From Squalus acanthias (Eukaryota): DNA of 64,000 nt. The notes under the pieces were generated by a model. That model searched no databases. It was not told the DNA's origin and was given only the letters and a program-made list of their open reading frames with translations. Numbering within the stretch: the first letter of the stretch is position 1; each line of letters begins with the position of its first letter. Below, piece after piece: positions 47,089-60,179 of the stretch. A program made the translations under genes and the position numbers. Location: assembly GCA_030390025.1 (NCBI GenBank), contig CM059432.1, forward strand, positions 44,766,001 through 44,830,000, in the 5' to 3' direction.

Positions 47089-47790
47089 AGAGGATTTTTG
47101 ACTTCTGCCCAAATTAGGCATGAAGTCGACAGAGTGGCTGCACCACCTGCCCAAAGCCAGTGCCAGGAGGCCCAAACCATTTTTGGGTTAGGGCCTCATT
47201 TCAGTGTAGTTGGTGCGCGCTACGGGTACTTACCAAATGGGCACTTACTTCACTGCAGCTCGTTAATTATGGGAGGGCGGGAATTTGGCCAGCTCCTATG
47301 CTGAGCCAGCCAGCCGGCAGGTTGGTCCTGGGGAGGAGCTCATCTCGGGGGTGGGGGGCGGAGCATGGGTTGACAATGGGTCACAGTGCTTTGGTTGAGG
47401 CAGGAGAAGCACTTGTGCTCCTCCTGCATCACAGAAATTTCACCCCAATAGATTTGTGGGCATTTTGTGGAGCAGCCACCAGCGGTCCCTTTAGGGTCCT
47501 CTGGGTAGGCTGCTCACCTCCTGGCACAAAAGGGCAGAATGTGCATGGCACACACGCCGCACAATTTATACCTTAAAATTGTAATTGGCATCCTACACCA
47601 ACGTAGGACCCCGATTTGCATATCTAAGCAGTCTCCTACCTGAAACAGGTGGGTCGTGCTGCCCACCCATTTATAGGCTGACCCAAAAATTGCATTAGGC
47701 GACTAATGGCATTCATGAGCTCTTGATTTTCATCTGCCAGCTACCCATTTTTCAGGCAAGAAATAGGTGGCGATCAGTTGAAAATCGCCC
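47089..47790. mobile_element. Degenerate Harbinger-type MITE
   Basis: Ends AGGATTTTTGACT and AGTTGAAAATCGCCC; internal CAGGAG..GCAC motif as in 17287 and 52348. Confidence 0.5.
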
Positions 47791-48563
47791 TGCTACAGTC
47801 AGTTAAGCAGCAGAAAACTGTGAAGGGGGTGAACCTCTGTCCTAGGTAGTAGGACAGGGGATGGAGAGATTGTGCTTTTAAATTGAGTTAGATAATCTAT
47901 TAAAATGGGCTACAGCTTGCAAGCTCTTTATTTTTGTCAGACTATGTAAACAGTAAATGAGCCGATTGTATCACTCCAATCTCATTGCATGTTTTATTTG
48001 CTGTGCTTCTGATTCAAACCAAACTTCACCTTACTCAGTGTTACTTCACTTTACATTCAGAGAGATTGAAGGAGCATGGATGCATAAGACACAGAAATCC
48101 ATTCTAGATCACAAGGTAGCTTCATTGTTATACTCGTGGGTTCCTCTATCGTACAAGTAGATATACGGTAGTGGGAGTCAATTTCCATAAAAAGTAGGGG
48201 CTCGGACTTCTTAAGGAAGCGACTGACATCACTGCATCTACATATCTACAATATCCCTGAATTTATAACATCCCTATATATAGAATCCAGAACCCCAGAC
48301 ATCCTTTTATGTCCCAGTTGCAATCCTCTTTTAAACAGCTGTGAATCTGAACAGATCTCTTTCTCCACTCTCGAGAGTTACGCCAGTAATTTCTGTGGAA
48401 TTCTTCTGATTGGCTACCATAACCTCGGCAGAAAAACCGCGGCAACCCTCGAGAAACAGGATAAACAAAGTGATGGTGGAAGATCGGGGAAACCTCATGG
48501 AAGTTCTACCCTTTAGTGTTTAGGTTATATTTTTCTATTTTTTCTCTCCCCCAAAACACACTG

Positions 48564-51062
48564 AGGGTGATTTTGCCAATTGGGAGCTTTTGGAGGCGGG
48601 ACTCCCACTTGTCGGGTTTCAGTCCCGCCTCCGTCAACTTCCGGCCAACCCACGCTATTTTCCCTTGATTGACCTTGTTAAGCCCGCCCAGCGGGTTTAG
48701 CAGGCCAATTAAGGGAAAGCCGGTTGCAGAGAACATCAACGTATGACGTTTCATCTGTCAAAAAGTTTTGACAGATGAATTGTCATCGTTTGACAGCTCT
48801 GTGAAGCTATCAAACACTGACATTCTCTGTAGTTTGATGAGGTCTTGAATTCAAGACCTCATCAAACCTCTTTCTTTTGCAGAAATGAGATGGTTGTTGC
48901 ATTGGAGAATACAACGGTCATCTGTCATCTCTACCGCGGAGGTGCGAGACTCTCCGGATACCCACCGACTGAAGCCTGCAGGAAGAAACAAAGGTAAGTA
49001 CACTTTTTCTAACACTTTGCACTTACCTCAGATACTCACCTCTCCACACTTGCATCCATCACTTACCTTCACAGCACACTTTTGGACCCCCCCGACCCCC
49101 GCAGACCCACTACTTGCCTCGGTGACCCTGGCGGGGTTCAGAGCCTTCGGGAAGCTCGCACTTGTGTAGGCTTTGCAAAATTCCCCAGAAACTTGAACAG
49201 AACCCTAAAGGGGGTGATTTTTTTGGGATTTACATACGAATTTGGGATGCTGGGACATAAATGAAGTGATTTGAGGTCAAAACCTCAGTTTTGGACATTT
49301 TAAGGATCGGAGAAGAAAAACCCTGAGGAAAATGACTTTGGATGTTACTATTGGGAAAAACCTCACAGTCACAGAGACAAGACAGGCTGCAGAGGGGTGT
49401 GGCGAGGCAGTGGACAGCTTTTGGGTATTGGGGCCCAGTCAAGCTGTCTGGGAAATGTTTGCACTGCAATCCAACCAGGGAGGAAGAGCCTCACCCAAAA
49501 CCTCACAAACACATCCAAAAAAATGAATAAACCAAGAACCCTTTTGAAATCCCCAGGCCCAAACAGGATGCTGGAAGCCTGAAAACAATAAAACGACTTG
49601 TACACAGTTTTCCTAGCCCATCACCCCATCAAAAACCAATTAGCCGCATACCTACAGGAACAGCTTACAAGCCCGCCAAAACCTAAGACAAAAGGGGCGA
49701 GATTTGGCGCATAGTTAAGGCCCTGAAAGACATCGGAAGCCATCAGGACCAGTTAACACGACGTTAAAGTCATCAGACTTAACGAGCCCGCCAAAACCTA
49801 GACAATAGAATATGCAGGCCTCAACTGAAACCGATTTAGTAAAGCGGTTTCAGCGCGAAAAACACAATAGGCCTGAACAGTATAATTGAGAGCCTGTTCC
49901 CCCAGCAAGACACAGCAAGTGACTGCCAGCTACAGAGGGCCAGGAGCCACACGACACGTACAGGAGGAGAGAGAAAGCAGCTAGGCCACGAGGCAGGGAC
50001 AGACCAGACCAGGCAAGGGCTAGAAAAGGTCACTGGAGGCTGGGAGCGAGTCGGCATCGCTCAACCCATGGTCCAGCTCCAGGAGGTACCGCCCCGACAG
50101 GCCTCCAATGCAACAAGACAATCACCAGAGCCGCCAAGGGCTCCACGAGGTGAACCACCACTCAAAAGTACCGCGGGAACCAAGGCCTGCGCAACGACCA
50201 ACCACCAGGCAACCACGACCAAAACCAGCCAACCAGGGGAAACCCGAAGAAACGCCAACCTTACAACTACTCCTGGCTTACCCCTGGGTAAGACTTGCAT
50301 GCAAAGACTCTAAACCTGCAGCTAAAACCAAAGAAATCGGGTACACACCTGATACATCCACAACCGCGCCCTACCGCATCAGCGGACTCCACCAGACTGA
50401 GGAGCCTTCGCAGATTCCACAGACCGGTACCACGTGGGGATGGCAGGCCCCAAAGGACATAAAGAGAGTACCCCAAAAACGCAATCAACTTACCTGGCTG
50501 GATTTCGAACTGTCAAAACCCCTGTTTGGTGAGCATTATCCCTGATCTCCTGAAATCAAAACTTAGCTAGACAGTGGGATTGGGAGGGATAAGGGTTTTT
50601 TTTGTATATTGTCCTTCTCCCTCGCCTGTACCATGTGTTCCCCAACCTGTTTAAGTGTTAAGTGTGTTTTATGTTTGTTACCTTTTTCTTTTAATAAAAG
50701 TCAAAATTCTTTCATCCAAACCTGTTGTCTACTACACCTTTGTTCACAACCCCCAAATAAGTCCAAGGTCTAGAACTAGGGGTGTGGGAGCGATTCAAAC
50801 CGCTCACTGAGTCAGAGGTGGAGCTGACCCGACCACACCACCCCCTGCACTTGTGAGGGAAAAATGGTGATCAGCCTATTTTCTGGCTGTAAGTGGCTGT
50901 AATCCCTTCCCGCCTCCAAGGAGACAGGACCCGGTGTGGAACGGCTACCCACCTCCTGGCAAGATGGCACGGAGGCAGGTTGGGCACCCGCCCCCAAATT
51001 CTGCCATTTTCCCAGCAGTCCCGCCTCCATACCCACCTCCCCAGGGCTGGCAAGATCGCGCC
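48564..51062. mobile_element. Harbinger-type MITE (TGACA-hairpin family) split by a solo LTR
   Basis: Ends AGGGTGATTTTGCCA and TGGCAAGATCGCGCC; both halves align with 36309-37136. Confidence 0.85.
49165..50849 (+). mobile_element. Solo LTR, 1685 bp (Gypsy or ERV; class not determined)
   Basis: TGTAGG...CCTGCA inverted termini; 4-bp TSD CTTG (49161-49164 and 50850-50853); AATAAA at 50693; removal restores the host MITE. Confidence 0.88.
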
Positions 51063-51164
51063 TATTAATTTACATGCATCTGTAGTGAACAGAATTTGCC
51101 ACATATCTGCTCACTCCCTTAACTTGTCTATGAGCTCCTGCAGTTTTCTTCACAGGGATGGCAG

Positions 51165-51415
51165 GGATGGAGGGAGAGAGAGGGTAAAAAGGCAATGGAG
51201 AGAATTGACGAGGGAGGGGGAAGAGAGAGGGTGAAGAGGGATGAGGGAAGGGGAAAAATGTTGGGAAGAGAGAGATGAACGTTGGGAGGAGGGAAGGAAA
51301 GGAGTGAGCAGAGGATGGTGAGGGTGAGCAGAGGATGAGGAGATGAGAGTAGGAGAAGAGGAATGGGAGAGAGAGAAAAAGAGGTGAGGAGGGGGAACAA
51401 GAGGCACAGGAGGGG
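51165..51415. repeat. Purine-rich low-complexity tract
   Basis: About 250 bp of mostly G/A on the + strand. Confidence 0.7.
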
Positions 51416-52347
51416 TTGCTGTTCATGCATTGCCTGGGAAACTCCAGTGGAGAGGGATGGCAATGACTGCAAAGTTCAGCTAGTGTGAGGCAAGGTCAGG
51501 AGAATTCAGTCAATGGAGGCACGGGTGGGGGGGTGGTGGTGACGGGTAGAGATTAAGGCACAATAAAAAAAAACAGCCAGTTGGGGTGGGGAGTGTTGAA
51601 GAAGGGGAATTCAGTTTAGTGCAGGCATGGGTGGCAGGAAATCCAACCAGTAGCAGCGGTGTGGACTGGAAATTAAACATGGAGGGGAGAGGGAGCATCA
51701 GTGACAAAATCAGGCTGTCAAATGGGCACAGCCCAAAGAGGTGGATGATCGATCAGAGTTGGAGAAGAGGACAGGCCCAAAATGGGCCACAAGTAGTGGG
51801 GCAGTGGGTTTTTAGAGGTGTGAACAGGAAGGAGAACAACCCTTCTGTTTAATTCATTGAATTTGGGACAGTGTTTGGGGCTCATGAATAACATACTACG
51901 GGAAACTGAAGGATCAAGTATGTCATGGTCAACAGTAAGAGACCATGCTCTGGAAAAGAGGGAAATGGAGACTTGTGGAGGAAAGGAAACATCATAAGAT
52001 CAACAGGGATAATCAGTATGGCAAGAATCTATCAGGTAGGATTAACAAGTGGTTCCAAATTTAATGAGTGAAGGAGCTTAGGGCAATTCAAATGGGGCTG
52101 TGAAATTAATGTTCGGCCATATAATGTGACCTTCACAGTTCTACTAACTGCAATACCCCTGGAATGTGTTGGCCCTTTTTAATATTTAGGTGTGCCCCTA
52201 GATGTCGCTAGCATATTTTATAAATTATGTATCACATCATACTAGCAAAATATGCACAGTGCATTAAGAGAAGGACTATCATTACTGCAATACCGAATTC
52301 TTGTTTCAGAATCTTAATGGTGAGCCAGGCAGATAGGCAAATAAAAT

Positions 52348-52848
52348 GGTGGAAATTTTTACTTCCCCCTTCTGGCAGAAACCGGGTGAGGGGGAAGTTA
52401 AAATGGAGTGGGTAAACTCCATTCCCACTCAGCTGCAATTTTAAAATGCCTGCTTTTGCAGGCGATTGAAGCAGCCACCTGAGTCATTAATAGGACCCAT
52501 ATGCAGTCTCTACCCAGAAGTAAGCAGGGTGCCCACAACAGTAGCCTTGCCAGCTAAAGCCTGTTCAGTTGACTGAAGACACCATTCCAAGTAAGTTTTA
52601 AACTTTCTTTTGTGGGGCCAGGAGGAGCAGGAGTGTACCCCTGCACCCCAACCTTGCACTTACTGTAAACACGGATGGTGGCTTCTGGGCTGCTGGACTT
52701 TCTGCCATTTCCTGCCGACTTCCCAGACATTTTGGTCGGCCAGCAGCATGTTAATGTGATCCGGCTGTTAAACTGGGCTGGGTCTCCCACTGCTGTTCCC
52801 AGACAGACCGGCTGCTCGCTTTCCTGGCTGGGAGTTAAAATTCCTACC
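52348..52848. mobile_element. Harbinger-type MITE
   Basis: TIRs GGTGGAAATTTTTACT and AGTTAAAATTCCTACC; TSD AAT on both sides. Confidence 0.8.
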
Positions 52849-53544
52849 AATGTTGCAGAAAGGCCTTTTGAAAAGTTGATTCTGATAAAATGAGGTGTGG
52901 TCAGAGTTACAAAAAAAAAATCAATTTTCTTTATAGGTCAGAATAAGAACATTTGTATTTGGTGAGCAGTCAATGTTTAAGTAGAAAGAAGAGTGCAAAA
53001 CTACAGCAATAAAATATTGCAATTATATAAATCATGAATACTTTCCTGTGTGTTATGAGCTGACAGGTGTGCCTTGGGAAGCTGCATGTCACAGTTTCCA
53101 GAAACCTTACAGTGCACAACTGGAGGTAATTATATTAGCAATAATTTGGAAAAGAATGCAATTAGTAAATATAAGTAGCCGATCCATAACCAATGTATAT
53201 TTAGCTATCTTGGCGCACAATCTTTAAAAAAAAATACAGCTGTACCAAAAGAGCCATAAGTTGGCTAGTAAAATGTTGCTTGCCCCAGGTAACAACACTT
53301 ACTGCTCTGGAAGTAAAGAACAGTCGGAACTGGTATAATACAAAAATAATAAGAGCAATGTTTTGCCGTTTAGTGAAAATAGATCCTTAGCCAAAGTTAA
53401 TGGCCTCCGGCATGTTATAATGCCAAATATACTTCTATATTTCATTTATACATCTATATTTTTTTTAAACTGATAAAAAGATTCTTTCTTGACATTCCTA
53501 TTCTCTGCATAATCTAGTAAGCAATCACACACAACGACAAAAAG

Positions 53545-53740
53545 CAAGCCAATAAAATTGCAGGCGCTGGAAAGCTAAAACAAAAATAGAAAATATTGGG
53601 AACGCTGAACCGTTCAGGCGGCATCTGTGGACAGAAGAAATGAGTTAATGTTTCAGGTGTGAATCCTTTATTAACTCATCTGTTCTCTCCACAGAAGCTG
53701 CCTGACCTGTTGAATGTTTCCAACATTTTCTGTTTTTGTT
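53545..53740. mobile_element. Old inverted pair of family-1 Penelope-type terminal repeats; hammerhead core lost
   Basis: GCTGGAAA...GAGTTAATGTTTCAGGT on one arm and TTAACTC..TTCTCTCCACAGA.GCTGCCTGACCTG on the other. Confidence 0.65.
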
Positions 53741-55284
53741 ACAAGATTCTGAGTTTGCTCATTGACACAGTTGGACTAATACACACCGAAGGTGAATTGG
53801 TAGCTATTTTTAGTTTCTTAGGATATAGCCAGTCACCTCAAAGATTTTAGCAATTTGAATACTTTATTTTTCTTTGCATCTTTTAAATTCTGGACATTTT
53901 CATTCATCATTATTTAATTTTTAAAAACCCACCTGATTTGGGCTATTTTTGGTGTAAAATTGCTTTTAGAATCTTGTAAGGACTTAAGAAGTTTATGCAG
54001 CTTGCAAATTCAAATGTTCAACAAACAAAGTAAAGTAATAGCATTAGGAGGAAAATATTGGGTTTTCTAAAACACTTTTAACATCAGAATATTAAAATGC
54101 TGTTATAGCATAAATATGAAATAATTTAAAAATAAACCTAATTTTAAAGCTGCAGCTTTAAACACATATATCATCCTATAATCTCTCATCCACAGTTTAA
54201 TAACTCATAAGGATAGGTTATTCTTTCAGTCAGTACAATATTGAGAAGTGTACTTTATAAACTTCTTTTGATGAATGGTGATGGTGCTGTATTTAATAGC
54301 AACACACAGAATCGGCTTCAAATATTTGTTCTGCTGAAATGAATGAAACCCATCAGTTTCTCTGGTGCTGGGCAGTTATATTAGGACTGTCATTTGAATT
54401 CAGCATTATTCAGCATCTATTTTTTTCTGTTATCCAAAAATTGTTAGATTTCTCTTACTAACAAACTGTTGGCAGCAAAATTCATATATTTATGGGTCAT
54501 TTAAAATAGTTTTTCCCTTTTGGTAACTGGATTTCATTAACCAAGCTGTCTTCTTTGCTGCTGTCAGGCATTGGTCTATTTCCTATTTAATCTCCTTCTT
54601 CATCAACCATTAAACAAATGTAGCCCCTACCTCATTCTCAGGGGAAGCAAAAACCGAGTAGTCTAGACGCTGGAAAGTATTGTTGGTGATATTAGTGAGT
54701 GAATGCTTAACTCATTTACATAAGTAATCTTGCTATTCTAACACACAAACTCATTTATTTTGAATGGGTTAACTCCTCTGATAAAATAACACACAGGGGG
54801 AATGTCATCTGAACATCGTTCATTCACTGATACCGCCTTATTTCCCCCTATTTGTATTTTCCCCTATTGATGTAGCTTTATGAGAAGCACATTGCATTAT
54901 TGATCTGTTCATCATGTACACATCTGATCGCTTGCATCCAATCTCTTCTATTAATGTGATCTCTGTGCTGTGAAAGGTCTAATTCAACCTTAAGGTGTTA
55001 ATTTTCTGAGCAAACAGGTCATCTTCTGACCACATTAGTTATGACCTGAGAAATAGTGTGATCTATAAATGCAGGCTTTGTAAAGCTATTATATCCCTTT
55101 TCCCTTTACTCTATTTCCCCTTGTTAAATATTTCAAACTGTCATAGTTACAGCCTAAGCTCCATTCCTTTCATGCTTTCAGTAGGAATAAGCTTTGAACC
55201 AAAGATACATTTTGAAAGCTTCTCCTAAAGCTGTATAATCTTCTCTTCATACTCACACATTCACAACTATTACAAGAAACTGTT

Positions 55285-56210
55285 CCCATGAAAGCTCGGA
55301 TGGCTGTTATCATAGCTTTGGGGCCACAGTTGAAAGGGCCTTCCAAGGCACCACATCACTCCTGCACTGGGTTCTCCAGCAGAGCCCTGGGAATGTTGAG
55401 ACACCTTCCCAGGAGAGTATTCTTGGCTCCATGGGAGAGAAACCAGCCCACCTCTCTCGGGATGACATCATGCCTGCTCCCCTGCCAGACATTCCATCAG
55501 TGCCCTTGCTAGTGCCACTCAGCCAGCTGGCTCAGACTGCTGCAACCCAGGCCAAGATGATGCAGGAGACGTGCTCCCTGAATACCCTCTGTTGATATGA
55601 CCTTCTGTGCAGTGCCCTCCTCCTTCCTCTTCTGACAGCTGCTCCTGCTCTGTGGTGTCTTCCTTGCCGCTCGATCTCGTCCTATCACCTGAAGGCAGCC
55701 CTATGAGACCATCCATGTTTGCAGCCAGACTATTTCTGAGGCAAACAACAACAATGGTGCAAGATTAGCAAATCTTCTCTGTGTAGACAAAGTGAACTTT
55801 CCAGAGTGATGAAACACCCAGAAGTCAAGCAGCAGCCTGAAATGATAAACCAGCAACTAACCTGTAAGTACTGCTTGATCCCTACAAGTAGCACTGGTGA
55901 AGCGGCCTTCCTGCCAGTTAGCACACTTTGTGCGGTACGAGTTCAGCACGTGGCGAGTGAAGTGCTGGGGCGATTGGATAATTTAAAATGGGTCATGCAA
56001 ATAGTGAAGAACCCTAATTTACATAAATTATTCTTGCCTTTAAATGTCAGTGATGTGCGCTTCCACCGCCAGCACAACCTCCTTTCCCAATATGGCAGGC
56101 GGTGCACTTCTGACTGGGAATATGCACACGCTTCCTGCCCGCCACATTGAGACCCTGGTAGGCCCATTAGTGGCCAAAAATCGGGCAATGCGCGGCCAAA
56201 TTTCTAAGCC
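55285..56210 (-). mobile_element. Non-autonomous Harbinger derivative
   Basis: Minus-strand QRVFREHVS resembles the transposase N-terminus; 55400-55560 resembles Myb-gene exon 3 (39290-39420, inverted); end AAATTTCTAAGCC. Confidence 0.55.
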
Positions 56211-57570
56211 TACGTGATTTTATGTAATGCATGCAGAACATTTTCAGCCAAAGGGCAGCAGGATTGTAGAATATATTACCTGAGAAGGCCATTGAAGTAA
56301 ACAAAACAAATGGGTCCAGAAGGCAATTGGTTGCCTTTCTGGAGGCAGCAGGGATTGAGGGATATAGAGATAGATTTTACAAAACAGAGATCCAGACATG
56401 CAGCTTTGCACAATGGAATTGTATATTGGGGATTCGGGTACAGACGTCAGCATGCCCTTCATAATGTTCTGTTGCTGCTGCTGCTGCTCTTCCTGCAGCC
56501 AGTAAAGGGTGGGCAATATGACTTCCATCTTTCAATGAAACAAGCAGCTCTATGCTGACAGAAAGGTTGAAATGCCAAGAAATACAAAATAAAAGTACAA
56601 TTTCAGTTCTACTGGGCGGGTCCAGCACCAAGCATTCATCATGCTAAAGTGAATGAAAATTGCATACTTGAATAAGGCTCTCTGCTTATGCACAGGCCCC
56701 GATCAAAATATTAGCAACCAAAGTGGCAGCGGGAGTGGGGTGATAAGTGCGGCATCGCCATTTTCACTGCCCTATTCCTACCAGGTGAAGGGGATGAAAA
56801 TCGGCCCCAGAGAATGAGTGAGATCTGCTCCTGTAGAACTGTAGTATGCAGAGTATCACATAACAGCCAGGTAGAAAATTTATAAATAATTGAGGACTTT
56901 TCATCATCTTAACACAGATCAGTGGACAATCACACAGTAGTAGTAAAATGAAAACTTCAATGGAGATTCATCTTGTCAGTAAATAATTTATGGTGGTGAC
57001 CTACAATGTTGCTGAATTAATATATTAAGATATATTACTTGGTAGAAAATCCAAAGGGATGTTAATCTACTGTAATGTGTCTCATTATAACAAGGCATTT
57101 TTATCTCTAATGCATGAGACACCTTAAAAATGGATTCAGGACTACAGTACTGAGTATATTTGATTTCACTTGTCCCCATTGCTGTGAAGTAGCTGAACTG
57201 ACTGCATATCACATTTTGATAAGTGGTGTGATACTACCTTGAGGAAGTAGTCTCACACTGCTAGGGGCTCACACCAGTAGTAGCAGATTTGTAACTGTTG
57301 CAAGAGCAAACTGTAAAAAGTTCCCTTGTAGTCTACTGACTGCTTGTTAATATTAAAAATTACCCAGCAGGTGGATTAGGCCGCTGCAGATAGATGTCTG
57401 CCAGTCAGAGTATGTACTCCACTTTGAACTGGAAAATATCAATTTGGGGTTAAACCTGAATAAAGTTTTATTCTTTGTGAGGTTAGACAGGGATCTTAAG
57501 GAACCTGGCAGCACATACATGAAGATAGACAAGCAAAAAGAGCAAATAAACAATATTTAGCAAATGCAGT

Positions 57571-59190
57571 TGTAAAGTTTCGCAATTATCGCGATTCAAA
57601 ATAACAAGATAGAAGCAGATTCGTTTGATCAGTTTTATTAAACAAAATGCTGTCATGATTATAAAGGACACAGAAGCCTGTAAAATGGCTACCGCGCATC
57701 GTGGCAGAAGCTTCCAGAAATACGGTGGGCAGACAAGATGGCGTCGAATAAACATTCAATATAAGATTGGATCATACTCGGTAAACATTGATAAAGACAG
57801 GATGCAACCTGTTTGCATTTGTAACAATAGCAAAGATATAAGTGCTGGAATCGTTTTCCATGCACAAGTAAGGATCATTGTACTGGGCAATCGAAGGCCC
57901 ATCCAGACACATCAATACACAAATACCCCCCCGGCTCTACAATGAGAGAGACATCGACGGGTGATTAAGCAAGTATTCGGGGGCCCCCAAAACCAGTCAG
58001 GGAGACGATTCATACAATCCTGGCTGGGTCAACAATGGGGAAAACATTAACGGGTAGTTGGCCAGTTTCAGGTGCTACCGAAACCCGTTAAAGAGAAGAA
58101 TCGCCCCATGCTGGAAGTTTTGAGCGCCAATATTACACAAAGGACAAACATTAAGATTTGAGCGGGAGATAAGGGAACACAGCACTATAACTATAGTGAA
58201 CAAATGTCCATCGATCTCTTATGCGCTTGCCGCTTCATGGACTCGCTTGACTGGTGAGCTTTTGATTTTTCTCTCTGGACTTTGTTGACTCTTGACTTTT
58301 AGCCGTACTGGTCGGTTATTCGAATGTTGGGTGGAGCTCAATCGGAACGAGCCACCCCGACAAGGTGCACCATCCCGAGTGTCGGTAAACGGTGTCTGGA
58401 CCTGGAGGCCCGAAGAGACGAGACGAGACGACAAGAAAAGAAGAAGAATCCACGTGCCGCCATGGTCAGTAAACCCCAACCGCGCCCGAAAATATAAGAA
58501 AGAACCTTTAATTGAAGTCTCCCGACAACCGGTGTCGGGAACAGGAAGACTCTTCTTTGAATTTTACAACTGTGTCCGAGTTCTACCGAGTTCTTCATGA
58601 CAACGGGGAGCCTGGCCTGCTTGTCGCAGCAGCGAAGATAAACAAGTGAGGTACAGAGACCCTTCCAAACATGTGACAGTCAGGCGCTGCAGCGAAACGA
58701 GCCGAGTGCCTCACTTTAAAATTCTCCGAAGTAACACGAGTGGTGAACATGTTTCCCGATCCTACAAATCTAGACGTAGTGTAGGTATTGTTAAGGGAGG
58801 GTGGTTTTATTAAGGTTAAAGTATAATGTGTTCCCCTTTTTACGATGTGCCGTGCGTTCTTCATTTCCCTAGACCAAGCTTTATGAATGTATGTATACTT
58901 GTACTCTCGTTAATTTGCGCCTATGACATGTTCTTCATGATTTTGGACGCTATGCAATAAAGATTTCCATTTTGTACTATTCAACCGGCTCTATTTGAGT
59001 TTTTCTCTGCATTACTGCTCCCTGCACCTAAGTCCAGTGTTAGAACCGTAAGGGCGAGTGGGTCGAACCACTCACAGGTGCTTATTGCAATAAGGCTGGC
59101 CGGAGACCAGAGCAAGCAATAGTATTAGGCAACGAAGGCCTAACCTCGCACCAGCACCGTCTGAGACACAGAGACACGTAAACCCTTACA
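57571..59190 (+). mobile_element. Solo LTR, 1620 bp (second, divergent family)
   Basis: TGTAAAGTTT...AAACCCTTACA inverted termini; 4-bp TSD CAGT (57567-57570 and 59191-59194); AATAAA at 58956; abrupt CpG enrichment inside the boundaries. Confidence 0.85.
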
Positions 59191-60179
59191 CAGTTCAAAG
59201 CCAATATTGAAAGGGTGGCCTTGACTTCTCTGCGTTCTGTTGTACATGAGCAGCACATATCCTTCACCTGAATTACAATGTTAATGTACAAATGGAATTA
59301 TATCCTAAATGGACTGCTTGTGTGTTTAATAAAGTAGTGGAGATCAAGTTTAATCTTTACATGCATCCAACGATACTTCTAAAAATTTTTGCTCATCCAC
59401 AATTTTGATCCCTTATGTCAAAGCAGCCAGAGTCTGTCACATCACACAACTGTCCAAGGTTCTCTTGGTGACATTTTTTCAACATATTATTACAATACTT
59501 CAATGTCGTGAAAGTATGTAATTGGACCCTACACTTGTGAAAATCATGAACGAGCTCTAAAAAGGGTTGGCTGTTAGGAGAAGGAAGAGTCAAAACCCAG
59601 ATAATACTTGCACACAATTCTAGCAATACATTTTTTTATTCTCTGCAGTTACATTCAACTGAAGTGTTGTGAGCAGGACTGAGCCTAAAAATTGCATGCT
59701 CTGCTGCAGATTTGACATGCCGTTAGTGAAATATGCCAGTCAGTGGCCTGACTGGAAAAAAAACTATTTGAAGAGTTTGTGCTGAAACTTAACACTGACT
59801 GACTTGATTGTGGAGCATCAGACATTGTGCCTGACAGACCCTGGAAATAATGGAATAGAGTTGGATGCAATCATTTAGAACAGTCTGAATCTCAAATTAT
59901 TTTAAATGAATGAGATCTTCAGTACTGTAAATACCAGTTTGTCATCCAGAATTTTAAATTTTTCTATTAATCAACGTCAAATCACCACAACTAGGAAATA
60001 ACTTTCAAATCCCTTTTAGATGTGATATGAGGAATACTTGGTGGCATGCCTGGAAATGGAATGTATCCTAAGAAAGAGGGAGAAAATTAATTTATTAAAG
60101 GACAAGTTTAGTAGAGTGAATTTAAAAGTTCAATAAATTATATAGAACAACAACAGCAATATAGTTACTAATAAATCCA

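Noticed and set aside
49836..50545. Overlapping ORFs as viral accessory genes
   Set aside because: They lie inside a solo LTR, are compositionally biased and show no domain.
57229..59076. Alternative LTR boundaries TG...CA with TSD GGTG
   Set aside because: No terminal inverted repeat. The 57571-59190 boundaries give TGTAA/TTACA, TSD CAGT and match the CpG shift.
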